DNA of 61,744 nucleotides, counting the filler, from Diploschistes diacapsis (lineage: Eukaryota): assembly GCA_023645945.1 (NCBI GenBank). It is 12 parts of 12 records of this genome, joined end to end, with 100 filler letters (N's around TTAATTAATTAA, not from the genome) between each part and the next. Parts side by side here need not be neighbours in the genome. Positions count along the whole stretch, not along the records: positions 22,948 to 26,103 come from JALAIB010001988.1; positions 26,204 to 29,349 come from JALAIB010001989.1; positions 29,450 to 55,262 come from JALAIB010000199.1; 9 more parts are not named here. One strand, written 5' to 3'. Every line of letters starts with the position of its first letter. Position 1 is the stretch's first letter. The position numbers and the translations under genes are program-made. The notes beneath the pieces were generated by a model, which saw only the letters and a list, made by a program, of their open reading frames with translations, searched no databases and was not told the origin of the DNA. Shown one piece after another: positions 26,069 to 39,328 of this stretch.

Positions 26069-26203
26069 ATAATAGATCTTAGAATGATTTAATGGTTTTA
26101 TTTNNNNNNNNNNNNNNNNNNNNNNNNNNNNNNNNNNNNNNNNNNNNTTAATTAATTAANNNNNNNNNNNNNNNNNNNNNNNNNNNNNNNNNNNNNNNNN
26201 NNN

Positions 26204-26518
26204 CGTCTATTTTTTACGCTTTTATTTTTTTATCGCGGTATTTCGATAAATTCACGGTAATATTTCGATGGATTTACTATAATACAATGTCCGTAATAAT
26301 ATCGTATTTAAAAAATTATGGCGGTAATATCCGTGAAAGTATCCGTGTTTTAAAATTTTTAGCCGTAATATCCGTGTCCGTGCTTTTATTATAGTGTAAT
26401 ATCCGTGGAAGTATTCGTGATTTAAAATTTTAGCGGTAGTGTGCGTGGTAATATCGTGTTTTAAAAATTTTCTCGGTAGTGTCCGTGGAAGTATCCGTGG
26501 CACGAAACGGCCAGCCTA
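26204..26518 (-). mobile_element. End of a hAT-like DNA transposon with (TA)TCCGTG subterminal repeats
   Basis: Multiple tatccgtg/tgtccgtg copies ending in ...GGCCAGCCTA (minus strand TAGGCTGGCC). Confidence 0.5.
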
Positions 26519-26762
26519 TAATAACCTACCCAGTTTTTAAACCTAGATTTTTTACTTAATACTTACTGCTTCGCTTAAGAACTTGGAGGCTACCTTGCCG
26601 ACACATGATATTAAGCACGTTCGTAGTAGGATCCCGTGATCTCTGCTTCGTAGTTTAGCGCCTATCCTTGACCACTTCACATCATTGGATGAGAGCATAC
26701 CTTTTTGCAAGAGCGCGGTTCAGCTAGCGCCACCATGCACTTCAATCCTGCTTCTTTCTGCG

Positions 26763-28528
26763 ATGAACTTCCTTCGCACGGTCACATCCAAAAACTACCG
26801 TATGCAGACTCCAGGGGACTTTGGCACACGAAAGCGGCGTCACATAGATCAGCATTGCCAGCTTGGTGAAGCTTCGGGCCTTGCGACGAAGAGGCAGAAA
26901 GTTGGTCATCTAGAGAACAACGAGCGGCCTCCAGCATTTTGGGACGGACTTTCGACGATTCCATTAACCAAGGGCGCTTTAAAAGAATTAGAACGCAGAA
27001 ACGCCGAAAATTTACACCCTTCGTCTCGAACTACTTCCAAATCGCCCAAACAGTCCATTACTAAGGGCGCCGCTGCAGATTGGAAAAGCAAGCATCGTCT
27101 TTTTAAGCCTCTGTCGCAACCATCGAGTAAGGAAAAGCGCTTCGCTAGGCAGGGAGGACCAGATTTGACGGATCTAAGAGGCGTAAGAAGAATAAATACG
27201 TCCTGACGTGGACTCGCTGACGTTTTCAGTTCCAAGCTGCTGTCAATCCTCTGTACGATACTATGAGCTCGAGTCAGGTTAACTCTCGAAGTCGATGGCG
27301 TGGAATGAAGCCTACAACAAATACAACTTCAACAAAGAGCACTGGACCTTACGACCGTGCGTTTCAACAAAATCTAACGGACGGTGGCGTCTTTCCGCAT
27401 GGATACAGATATTTTGATGGTTGCATTCCCCCGAAACCAGAGAATTGGAGTGAAATTCAGGAAAGGATAGGGCGTCCTCGCGCTTCTCTATCTCCGTCCA
27501 AGTTCTCCGACAATGCCCACGAGGACTTCCTGCAAGCTGATGCAAATGCGTTCAAAGAGAAACAGGTAACCACATCAATTATACCGGTTATCGAGAGGAA
27601 AGTCAATGATGCTAAATGCGTCTCGGGTGGAATTCCGTTCAATAACCTTACTCATTTAACTGACGGAACGTTGGTCCCTGGAAATCCAGATCTATATCAC
27701 GGTGCTCGTCCCGAGCAACTCGACCGCCGGGTTCGGGATGAGTTAGGAAATATGATCATTCCATCAACGCAGCATGACCTTCCGATGCTGCCAAACTTCT
27801 GTATGGCGGCAAAGGGACCGGATGGCTCTTTGGCTGTGGCTGGACGACAAGCCTGTTACGATAATGCATTAGGAGCGCGGGCTATACACACACTTTAAGC
27901 ATATATACAGGACGGGGATACCTACGATAGGAATGCTTACGCAATTACGTCAATCTACCATGGTGGCTAGCTCAAGATGTACACCAGTCATCCCATTCAG
28001 GGCAAAAATTCAAAGGGTCGTCCTGAATATATTATGACGCAAATTAATACGTGGGGCATGACTGGCAATCCCGATACCTTCCGGCAGGGAGCCACAGCAT
28101 ACAGAAATCTCAAAGATTGGGCAAAAGAACGAAGAGACAATGCAATTAATAAAGCGAACAGTAGAGCCCAAGATTTAGACAACACAACCACCTCAAATGC
28201 GTCCACCACTAGCTTCGTGTCTAGCTCCGCAACCCACGAGGAAGAGACGCATACAACGAATACTCGGGATGAAATGCTTCGAAGCTTTGTTCAAAAACCC
28301 TTGAATACTACGGACGATCAGGAAACGGCTGAAAGTTCCCAAGACGAAGTTAAATCGAGCTATTCATTGTCGCTCAAGCGTCCGAATATATCCCTGGAAT
28401 CGGATACCTCCCGACGAAAACGCAGTAAAGCACAGGATAGTGTCGGGGTTTCTTATGGCTCATCAAATGTATCTACGTCAGAATCTCCTGTTCCCAGGTC
28501 GAAAAGGAGACCGAGGAATCAGGATTAA
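26763..28528 (+). pseudogene. RIP-inactivated member of a widespread ascomycete PD-(D/E)xK-like nuclease-fold family (intron 27183-27229)
   Basis: Motifs PPAFWDGLS...FARQGGPDLTDLRG, NPDLYHGARPEQL, PNFCMAAKGPDGS...RQACYD, TSIYHGG. In-frame TAA (27896) and TAG (27968) are each one C>T change from a Gln codon. Confidence 0.75.
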
Positions 28529-28964
28529 TGACGAAAAGGTTATTGAATTATTTATTGGGTTGTTGTGTCTTCAATTCCTTTCTTTAAAGATAGCTAACCC
28601 TGCTACCACAGCAGAATGACGTGCTTTATTGATGTCAAGTGGCGTCGGGACAGAGCTTCCTTGAGTTTGGTATTTCTGATCGTATTCTTCTCTTGGACTT
28701 TACACGTATGGGTCTCTGGCTGAGTACTGTGGTATAGCAGCCCTGTGTAATAGCGATGTATTAGCGATGCACTAACTGTACGCTGCCGTTTTAAACTTCA
28801 TATAACTCCCTCAATGGTGCTTCGGGAGATTTGAGAAAATAGTATAGTATTATTTAGATGCTCAAAAGCTTGTCTTCGCTTTTTAAAAAGGTTTTGCTGC
28901 AAATCAAGAGAGATATAGGTGTTGAAATCATCCAAAACCCCTGTTTTTTAGTGTGGAATTACCC

Positions 28965-28992
28965 AGTGCTCACTACTTTTGGGACCCAACTG
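28965..28992 (-). mobile_element. Isolated Tc1-like terminal inverted repeat
   Basis: Minus strand TA|CAGTTGGGTCCCAAAAGTAGTGAGCAC, similar to the TIR at 20016. Confidence 0.45.
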
Positions 28993-29449
28993 TAGCTAAC
29001 ATATTTCATCACTCAATGAGACAGCTGCGTAAAGTTCCCGTTCCGATATAGAATGGAGCAAACCAGTGAAAGCAAAAAAACAAGACCTTTATTTGTACAA
29101 GGACAGAGGGTGTTACAACGAGATAGGTTTTTAAAGGTCGGCGACGGGGCAGAAGCTCGCAGAATGACTACTCTAATAATGGTCAGCTCCCTGCTAGCGC
29201 AACGGGTGCTAACTGCCATGATCTTACAGATATATTTGAGCAAGTACTATTCTGCCTACTATACACATAAATTATAAGATAAATATTATGGTTTTATAGA
29301 TACTTTCTTAATCATCCAAATTTATCTGTAATTATAAGTACTTATAAAGNNNNNNNNNNNNNNNNNNNNNNNNNNNNNNNNNNNNNNNNNNNNTTAATTA
29401 ATTAANNNNNNNNNNNNNNNNNNNNNNNNNNNNNNNNNNNNNNNNNNNN

Positions 29450-31983
29450 GTGTTAGGGAGGTGCTGGTGGTGGATGGGGGCATGGTGGAGGACGACGAGG
29501 AGGTGGAGTGTGTGGCGAGGAACATGTGGTAGGTTTGGACGGAGGCACGGATGAAGAGGCAGGATAGCGGGATGGTGGGGAGGCCGACACGGCGGGTTAG
29601 GTTGGGGTCTGTGAAAGCCTGCAAATAGGTGAGTTGGTGGGATAGTTTGTGGAGATTGCGGGCGAAGGGGAATGAGAGGAAGCGGGGAAGAGAGGGGGGT
29701 GGCGCACGTTGGAGTAGTAATCTTTGGCAAGCACGTCGAGGAAGCGCCCGTAGATGTTGGGTTTTGTGGCATTGAACTTGGTGATGTAGGCGTGCTTGAC
29801 CCAGTCGACGAGCATCTCAGTGCCGAGGACGAAGAAGAAGGGGGACATTACTTGGCCGACCCAGTCCGGTAAGAGGGTGAAGCTGTGGGGTAGAAGGCTT
29901 GAGGTGGATTCTGGGCTGTTAGGGCTGTTAGGGCTGGTTGCTAGGAGCCCCCCAGTCTCGACAATGTTTCTTGCGGCAATGATGATTAGCATTAGCCAGA
30001 GTTGAAATCGTTCGACGACGTCGGCACAAGTCATTTGGAAGAGGTTCTCCTTTTCGATCTTTTTGAATACTGTGGACTTTATCTCAACGAATTGGTTTGA
30101 CATGAGTAGCGTCAGCAAGGCGTTCGAGTAGGAATTGACTGCGACATTGAGGGTGATGACCTGATAGAAAAGGGCTGTCGAATGGACAACGTTGTAGATG
30201 AGTGCCAGCAAGAAGAGCCAGAAAGGCCGAAGGATCTTGCTTCGACCGTTTGGCTTACGGTCTAATGTCTCCTGGGCAAAGAGACATTCTAAGATGTCCT
30301 GACCCAGTGCAGAGAGCAGTCGATCGAAAACCTCATCAAGTTAGCCAAACCTCTTTCAATCACCGTCGAACATACCTCGAGGGCGTTATAGATTACATAA
30401 AGCTTTATGGCAGCCTGACCACGGATGTTATGGTACATCATGCTGGCGTCGAAGAACGTCAGGATGTAACAACTGATTGCTATGAGAAGCCCTTTTAAAA
30501 TGTCGGCCTTGTCTACAGGCAGTAGGGTGGAAGGCCCTGAACGTGTCCTACGATGCGCTCTATTCGTCCTATGCCTCGAAGGCTCCGATTGCGGGACTTT
30601 TCCAGTTGATGTCGAACCAGCTAACCTGGAGTCTGCTGACCGCACACCTGCCGATACTGGCATCGTCCGCTTGCCTTTTGACCGATCTGGTGCCATGTCT
30701 GGTTGACTTGGAAGTTCATAAGGGACCAGAGCGGTACTGATCGATCTTCGCTCCCACATCCTACCCATACCAGTATAGACGTAGGAAGAAATGAAAGCTG
30801 CCTCTAAAAGGATATTCTCAACCCATGAGCGAGCGAGAACCGATATTGCTTTAGCGAAACGAATAGGTAGAATCGTCAAGGTATAAAGCCAAGCGTCAAG
30901 ACATGCAAAAGCGCCGAACCATAGAACCTGCTCTAGCTGCGGGGGTAAAAGCAGGAAATTCAGAAGCCGTTCAAGCTTGACGTGCGTAGGCTCGTAAGGG
31001 AAATCATTGCCAGGAGAACGGTACAGATACAGGGGCGATGGTCTATGCGAAGATAGTTCCAAATGCAGATGGGTTGGCACCGAAAGTGGCGGTAAGGGGA
31101 TCGAGTGTGGCATAGGAGATTGTAACAGCTCATCAGGTTTAGGAGCTTTAGATTCTGACTTAGCATCTCGCGTGTGCAGCGACTCTGAAGCGAGGCGCTC
31201 CTGCTTGAATTTGGGAATCGAGAGAGGTGCGATTCCAATAGTTTTAGTACTTGAAAGCTTCCTTTTCATAAGCGGCGTGGAGGTTGCTCGACCACCTATT
31301 CCAGGCCTATCAAGAGGTCGGCCCTTCAATCGCGGAAAGGAAGGAGACTGCAGGATCTCGTCTCCACTAACAGCTGGAGATCTGTCGCTACACGCAGCGT
31401 TTGGCGCAACGAAATCATCGTCCTCTTTCAGAGCAGAAGAAATGTTTGTGCTAACCGCTCGGTTCCTGGCAGGTGTGCTCTCTAGAAATGCCTTTGGTGA
31501 GATCAGAGGAAGGGAATCAGGGGCAAAGGTGAGCTCAATCAGCTTGGCAGGCGAGAGCTTCGACACCTTTCCTTGATCTACCTCTTCTTCTAATGAGATA
31601 CTGGCCGCCGTCTCTTCGGCTGGCACAACAACTTCGATCGCGCGTGTTCTTCGAGCTAATTTTGGGTGCAACGGACCTTCAGCCCTCCCTTCTGTCTCTT
31701 CCGGCGATCTGTTTAGCTCCGCGATTGCACCATCGCTGCCAAACTCTTTCCAGCCATTGACTGAGCGCAGTGAACTGATATGTTCTCTTTCTCTCAAGCC
31801 AGTTGGCTGGTATTCATGCGTAAGTGTTTGATCAGATGGCGACCTTGGGATAACGTTTACGCCATTAAAGTTTTCGCGCAACCCTTTTTTGACTGTCTGC
31901 GAAGACTTGCCGGTGTTGGCAGCATTGTGAGATTGGTAATTCTCGTCGTACTCGGCATTATCTGCAACCATCGCAGCTGGCAT
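29450..31983 (-). CDS. EMP65: ER membrane protein EMP65/TAPT1 (DUF747 family); exons 31983-30376, 30331-29708, 29618-29450 (3' truncated)
   Basis: CLDAWLYTLTILPIRF, DASMMYHNIRGQAAIKLYVIYNALEVFDRL, LNVAVNSYSNALLTLLMSNQFVEIKSTVFKK, VDWVKHAYITKFN. Confidence 0.92.
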
Positions 31984-32464
31984 CGTCACTGCCGGCGAGC
32001 TTTGCTGCCATAAGTTTCTGTACAACTCTAGCCAGGTGGAGTATGAAGAGATAATGGAAGCAAGAACATGCTAATCTATAGGACTTGAAGCTTGAGCTAT
32101 TCCTTGTCTCTCACGGAGATAAGATTGTATATGTGCTAATCGCCGTTGTAAAGCACTGCCGCAACAATACGCATTATTGTGACTGCGTTTTCGACACTCC
32201 ATCCTGGTTGTATTTGATTCTATGTGTATAGTACTTACGCTGCTGCGATGGTAGTAAGTAGGGTACAAGGGCTTATGTAGTCAAGAAAGTGAGGCAGAAA
32301 TTCTGCAAATATTCTGGCATCCTTACAAATTGTATAACAATGATATATAACCCGCTCTACTATGTACTTCAGCCTCTACGGATGAACTCATTTTCAAGTG
32401 TATACAGATCCACCTATTGATACGGAGTTGCCCCATTTATGCACAAGTCTCCATGGCCCAACTT

Positions 32465-33832
32465 TCAGAAACCAAAGACATTCCTCAACGGAGATGGCTT
32501 CGGCTTCTTATCCTGCTTCACACGCCGTTCCCTCTTTTGCTTGCTACCTTCCACTTTCGATGTGGTGGGCTTCGAGGATGCTGAGCTCCTTGATGAGCTA
32601 CTTCTCGCGCTCCTAGCACCTCTTGAGCTTCCAGATGCCTCCTCCGGCGCCGATGAACCGCCAGCCTCTCGAGATCCTTCCGCAAGATTAAGCCTACTCA
32701 TCTGTGCCGCCATTGGTGTAATGAACTCGCCGTCGGCACTGGTACCAACGCTGCAAGCTTCAACATCGGCGATACCTTGCCTCCAGTTTTCAATCCTGCT
32801 GGCCTCGGAGCTCAAAGCAATCATCTGGTCCGCCGGTTGTTCTTCTTCCCTCTGGGCTTGGATCTTCTTGATGACCTTGTAGCCGCCAAGCGCAATGACT
32901 GTTACTCCCACGCCGACACCAACCGCGATCAGGAATTGGGGCGACGAAAGTAGTGCAAACACTGAAGGGGCCAGCGCACGAACTTTCAGTAACGCGCCCG
33001 GCGCCATCTTCTTCGCCAAATTACTTATCTCCGCTAGTGTAAGCGCAACGGCTGCCATCGCATCGGGATTCTTCTGCAAGCTGGCCATAGTAGCTGACAC
33101 TGAATGTTGGACGCATTGAGCCTCGTCGAGGAGGCCCTTTACGCGTCCTACAAGCCCTGTGAGCTCTGCATCGTTGTCTTTGTAAGCGGTCATTAGATTC
33201 GGTGGAGGCTCTCCGTACGCGAGATTCATGTCGATATTGTCCACCGAGAAAGATCGCTTCAGTACGGGAGGTGCAGACATTGGAGTAATCAGAGGTCTTT
33301 CAGGGCTTCTTTGTGACTCCAAGAGGTATGGCATAGATGCCGAAGCTGAGGTTGGCGATCGAAGCACCGCTGGAGACTCCATGTAGGAAGGTCTTTGAGG
33401 TAACCGTGACGGAGCATAATCTGTGGTCGGTATATCTAATCCTCTAGCTGCGTTGTAGTGATTCGAGTAGCCCTCTGTATGACTGCGAGAGATTTTTGGC
33501 CTGCTAACATGGTGCTCTCCGTGTGATGAGCGCGGGGAGTGATGAGATGAACGGCGGGATGAAGTAGTTGATCGTACATCGTCCACTGTAAATGCTCTGC
33601 CGGCAGTATATCCTCGTGGCCTATGGTTCGCTTCTTTCGCGGCAGCAATCTCGGCCTTTTTCTCACGATAGGCAGACTTTGCCTCCTTGAAGACGCTCAG
33701 TAAGTTTCTGCTCTATTTCCAATCAGCTCCGCAACATTTCAACGAAACAAAGCCAAATACTGTGCTCACGACCTTCCCTGACCGATCAACCACCGCGATT
33801 GTTTGCCCTAAGCCACCTCCCGGACTGAACAT
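32465..33832 (-). CDS. Conserved fungal hypothetical protein with one TM segment; exons 33832-33761, 33712-32465
   Basis: MFSPGGGLGQTIAVVDRSGKVVST|SRNLLSVFKEAKSAYREKKAEI... is continuous with the 373-aa ORF. GT...GCTGAT...TAG intron. Hydrophobic FLIAVGVGVGVTVIALGGY. Confidence 0.85.
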
Positions 33833-35397
33833 ATTGCCGTTGTTGGCTCTGACTCGTATTGAAACTTGTGAGAGTAAACGTAGTTGGCTTCAAATCTTGC
33901 CCGCGCCCCTTGAGGAGTCCTGCTCCTTTTGTTGACGAGGTGCAGGCGATTAGTCTAAGAGACGAGAGAGTTAGGTTTGCGATGCACGCTGGACGAATGC
34001 AGGTAGTGAGGTAAAGATCTGCGTTCCTGCACACACCCTTATGCAGCAGTCAGTGGAAGCTAAAGCAGGGAACAATCTCGTGGAAGGCCAGACGCCCAAA
34101 GCCAGTTTTTGGGCATGTAGGTTTAGAGCAGCCGAGGAGGCTTTCGGCACTGTCAGGAAGCCATGACGGATGACCTGGAGAGAAGGTCGAGCTAACGATG
34201 CCCCATACCGCCGACTAGTAGTAATGCCAGCAAGCCATGTTTGTGTGTCGAAAGGTGATTGCACTTCGCATAGCCGCCGCTCCTGAGCTAGTTAGTTGTC
34301 CCATCTCGCACGACCGACGGCCGGTGACGCAGCACCACTTGGCCTCATACTCTAATTGGGTAGGCAAGGGGCAAGGGGCAAGCAAGTACAAGCAGTAGAA
34401 TCTAAAGACGAATGCTCTTAGGTTTTTCTTAAGATGTGATATGCTGTTGTGAAACCAAGAAAAGCATGATGCATGGCCAGGGCACATAATAGGCATATTC
34501 TACTTGATAGATTCAGCTTATCACTATGCACTCATGCTTGCATTAGGCTTGTTACATCGCTTGGCTGGAATGTATACTGCATCGTAACCTCGAATGTCTG
34601 ATATATATCCTTGAAAGCCTTCTCGGACGTCAGACAAGGTCTATGTCAATCCACGAAGCCCAAGAAGTAATTTCAAGAGGCCATTGCCTGCACCCAGTGT
34701 TTACCATCATTGCCGGCCTTTGATGTACCGATGAATTGGATACAGAGGTCTCCAAGTCTTGTTTCGCCTCTATCTATTGCAGCTAAAGGCTGTGACAACT
34801 TGGGTGGCCAAGCGTTCAATCTTCGCGACTGGCGGCCAAGATCACCCGGTGCGACGTTGACTGTGGGAAGCAGGTACAGTTTAAGGCAAGTTTGATGCAG
34901 GTCGCCTCTGGCTCCAAGACCGTGTCTCTGGAGGTCGAAGTGAGCGGGTAACATGTCCGATGCTGGGTTGACAACCTGTCTGAACAACCGCGATGCTCAA
35001 CAGAGATTGCGCAATCGCACTATAGCATTCATATTTATCACATTTCTCTTAACAACATCCATCACTTCTCCTCGGACAATGGGTATCATTAGCAGTTTGC
35101 AAACGGCTGAAAACGCAATCGACAGGCATGGCTCCGGCTCAACGTTACATCTTAACTCAGCTATGCCCGAATGAATCTTCGATGCTTCCCTGCCATTTTC
35201 TGAGTGCAAGTGAGTATGATAGCAGCCTGTCTTGTCTCCACGGTCCCCTCTTTTGTAAGTTTCGAAGATTTGTAAACAGCACGAGCTCTGAATAGCATAT
35301 TGAAATTATTGGTGCTTTGGTGGTGTGAGGTTGCAACAAGTTGGGCTGCGGAACCAGAATTCAAGGCATTCCATTCAGGCACCGTCATCCCTGACAA

Positions 35398-38291
35398 ATG
35401 CCACCTCGTCCACCTCGTCCTACTGCGCACCAGGGCGATGGTCGAACCACACTTGCTGTCCCTGAGCAGTTGCACGATACTGACGGCTCTGATATAGATG
35501 GATCAAGGTCTCCTTCATCGAAAAAGCAGAATGGAACGCAAGCAGAAGCACCTGGGCCTGTCCTCTTTCACAAGGTCAAGAATCAGCGCTCGATCCTTTC
35601 ATTGCTTGTGAATAATGGCAAGATATTCGCCGGCACTCAGGGCGGCGAGATTCTGGTACAGAGACCTGAACGTCTTAGTGGTTTGACCGCCGTGTTGATT
35701 AGTCTGCTAGGTCTGGTCGCTGAGAACGTACCAGCAGCTGGCATGCATTGTTGCTCATCATGGAGCTGTGCTTGGCCTTTACTTGTCCGGCGACGGAAAG
35801 CTGCTCTTTTCTTGTGCTGGAGACGCCATAGTTAATGTATGGTTTCTCTTTCGTAGGTTGCTCAATTGCAAGTGCGTCTGCTAAATATCCAGGTCTGGTG
35901 TACTCGGGAATTCAATCGGATATACTCCATATATTCAACCTTCGATGTCGGCGACGTATTCTGTATTGCTTACTCGTCGACTCTCGATACTATCTTTTTG
36001 GGGGCACAAAATACAAGCATGCAGGTAATACTTATCCGTCACCCCATCGGAATGTGCTTTCTTACGTCCCCCAGTGGTATGATTTTTCTCGTAAAAACCA
36101 GAAACCCCGGCCAAACTTCAGCTCTCATCCTTCGCAACGAACACACAAGTTCTTCGATTCCAAAGGTCCTGGAGGGAGCTCGACTCCACGCTCGGAAGCA
36201 CTAGAACCTAGTTTTCATGATGGCGAAATCCTGGAGATTGGGGCTTCTGATATTATACAGTATGCGCACTACGGCTACGTTTACTGTATGCTACTTACGC
36301 AAAGCCTATCAATAGCCGACTCGAATGACGAAATACTCATTTCCGGCGGTGGTGATGGCACCATCAAGCTTTGGCGGTTGGCTAAATCTGGGGGTAGCGT
36401 TTCTGTGCAGGAGCTTGCCATCCTAGAGAGCGGAGATGGCTCGGTACTGTCATTGGCTCTCAAAGATACTTTGTTGTACAGCGGTAGGCTCGAGGGAGAC
36501 GTTAATGTGTGGGATCTGGATACACGCCAGCTTATCCAAACTATTAGAGTCTCCAACGTCGATATTCTGTCGTTAGCAGTTGGCTCTGGCTTACTCTTTA
36601 CTGGCTCTGCAAATGGACGAGCGAAGGTTTGTCCTTCTATCGGGTGCCCTACATACGCTAACCGCTCCGAAGATGTTCGAGCGTTACAAATGCAAAGCTG
36701 AGTGGAGAGCACATGATGAGCTTATACTTGCCTCCGTACTCACCTCAGAGGGTAACGACCATTACCTTGTGACCGGTGGTAATGATGATACAGTGGCGAT
36801 CTGGGATTTGACGGGCTTTCTGAACAAGCAACCAATGTCTTTGCGGCCAAGCAATGGTAAGGTCTGCACCCCACATTTGGTGTTGAAACTGCCTAATGAT
36901 AATCAGAACAACTTGTGCAGTCTCTGACTCGCTTTGTCGCTTTTCCTACTGTTTCGTCAAGGCCTGAACATGCGGAAGACTGCCGTCAAGGTGCCTCCTG
37001 GCTAAAGAACTGCTTCAAGCGAATTGGAGCGCAAACTGACCTACTAAAGATTGAAGGAGCTTGCAATCCTATTGTCTTCGCCTATTTCCGAGGCAGATCT
37101 CGCTCAGGCAAGAAAATTCTCTTTTACGGTCACTACGACGTAATCTCTGCCGAAAACCAGCAGCAAAAGTGGACCAGCGACCCGTTCGTTCTTCAAGGGC
37201 GAGATGGCTTTCTGTACGGCAGAGGTGTTTCGGACAACAAGGGACCCATCTTGTCTGCCGCCTATGCAGTAGCCGATCTGGTAGCAGAGAAGAATCTAGA
37301 AACCGACGTCGTCTTCTTGATCGAAGGCGAGGAGGAATGCGGGTCCCAGGGTTTCGAGCAAGCAGTCCGAAAGCACAAGCACTCGATAGGTGACGTGACC
37401 TGGATCCTTCTAGCCAACAGCTACTGGCTCAGCAACGATTTCCCCTGCCTAACCTACGGCCTGAGGGGCGTCGTCCACGCCAGAATAACCATAGAAGGCG
37501 GTCCGAAGGACCTCCATAGTGGTGTCGCCGGCAGCAACCTCAAGAATGAGCCCTTGAAAGACCTCGTCGCCCTGCTCGCTACCCTAACAGGCCCTAACAA
37601 TCGCATCACCATTCCCTCCTTCTACACCAATGTTCTCCCAATAAGCGCCGAGGAAGAACAATGGTATGCGGCTATCAGCCGGACGCTGTCGCAAACTACC
37701 CCGAGGAAAGCCAAAGCCCAACAGGACCCGGATTCCCTTAAAGCCAAATGGCGCGAGCCATCCTTCACCATTCACGGTTTTACGACGTCTAGCTCCGTCA
37801 TCTCGACCATCATCCCTCACCTCGCTAGCGCGGAGATCTCCTTCCGCCTCGTGCCCAACCAAGATGCACAAGAGATCTCAAACGCTCTAGTCTCTTACCT
37901 GACAGACAGATTCCGAGCCCTGGAAACGAGCAACAGCATCGGCATCAAGGTCGACCACCCCGTCGACCCCTGGCTCGGCGATCCGAACAACGAGATCTAT
38001 CAAACTCTGGAAGAAGCCATCGTCGAGGTCTGGGGGCTCCGGAAATCGGAACCTTCTAACGGCAGAACCCAAGACAACGAGAAGCCGCAGCGACCGCTGT
38101 ATATCCGCGAAGGAGGCTCGATACCGGCGATCCGGTTTCTGGAGAAGGAGTTTGGCGCGCCAGCGGCGCAGTTGCCTGTGGGCCAGGCGAGCGACAACGC
38201 GCACTTGGAGAACGAGCGGCTGAGGCTGCTGAACCTCTATAATTCGAGGGAAATCTTCAAGCGGGTTTTCGAGAGGCTGGGCAAGAATTGA
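35398..38291 (+). CDS. DUG2: Glutathione degradosome subunit Dug2 (WD40 repeats + M20 peptidase domain), about 6 exons
   Basis: WD40 repeats (ISGGGDGTIKLW, VTGGNDDTVAIWD) fused to M20 motifs FYGHYDV, YGRGVSDNKGP, EGEEECGS, DLHSG, REGGSIP, DNAHLENE. Confidence 0.93.
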
Positions 38292-39328
38292 GGGTAGAAA
38301 GATGGACGGGGACGGACCGGCTGATGCCATCAGGGGGTCGCCAGGAGCGGACGGGATGGGAGGGTGCGGTCAATGAGGTGGCCAGCGGAAGCAGCATGTT
38401 GGACCCGCTTACGTGGTCAGTGGCGGAACGGCGCTACGGATGATGGTCTTTCGGTACTTTGGGATGATGATAGGGGCTAGGGTTATAGACATGGGATAGA
38501 TAGCGTGCAACAACACGGGGTGCGTTTGCGTGGTGGCGATACGCTCGCCTGTTGGATACGATGCCGGGGGGAGGGGGGGCTTGGAAATGAGGATCACAAA
38601 AATGCACGAACCTACGATCGGTACAACGCTGAAGTTCCAAATCTATTATTCCTTCTTACCGAAATCTATTCCGTGCGGAAAGCGCTCGGTGTAAAAAATT
38701 ATGTACCCATGAATTGGCGCATCCCATTTGTGCTCCTTTTTGTCCGTTCCAATTTTGAGAACCCGTTCGTATCCCTCGTATGGTAGTTACTCCACGCCAA
38801 GCCAGCCAGCGTTCACGCGCACCGCAGGCCCCCCCCCCCCCCTTCTCCCATGCAGTATGCAGTATGCGAATACTACGAACGAGGAGAATTCCTGCTGGAT
38901 GATGGGAAAAGCCCGTTAAGCTATGATCGGCTATTGGGGATGATGGGCTGAGAAAAGGACTAGAAAAAGGTCAATGCGGGATGCAACCTTACTTAGTACT
39001 TGCGGAGTAATGATGTGCCCCCTTGGGTGTTGGAAATCAAGACTTTGACTTATGCAAAGATCTACAGTAAGTTTTTAATTTTCGATCAAGACTTCTAGCA
39101 ATTGATAGAGCGATAACTAGAGCATTATTGCGTATTCGGATGACTAGTGCTCCGTAGGCCGACAAATTTCAGATGCTAACAAGACGACAAGTGGTGAGTG
39201 GTATTTTTTTTTGGTAACCGACCTCGCGACACCCACCGACGCAGCAAAGAATGATGTTACACCATATCAGTCTGATGTGCCTGCACCGTCCAAATCGGTG
39301 GCCTCAAACTGCCAAGTTGAGTGGAGCC

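Noticed and set aside
34673..34987. 104-codon minus-strand ORF between the hypothetical gene and DUG2
   Set aside because: No recognisable motif, good start context or clear splice structure.
38477..38487. Other telomere-like matches (TAGGGTTA here; CCCTAACCC at 21649)
   Set aside because: Isolated 8-9-mers with no accompanying pseudoknot or CR4/5 structure.
38930..39290. Possible snoRNA host or micro-exon transcript (GTAAGT 39067...GCTAAC...AAG, 2-nt exon, GTGAGT 39194; ATGATGT and CTGA motifs)
   Set aside because: No exact C box, no guide target I can identify and no ORF. Insufficient without RNA-seq.
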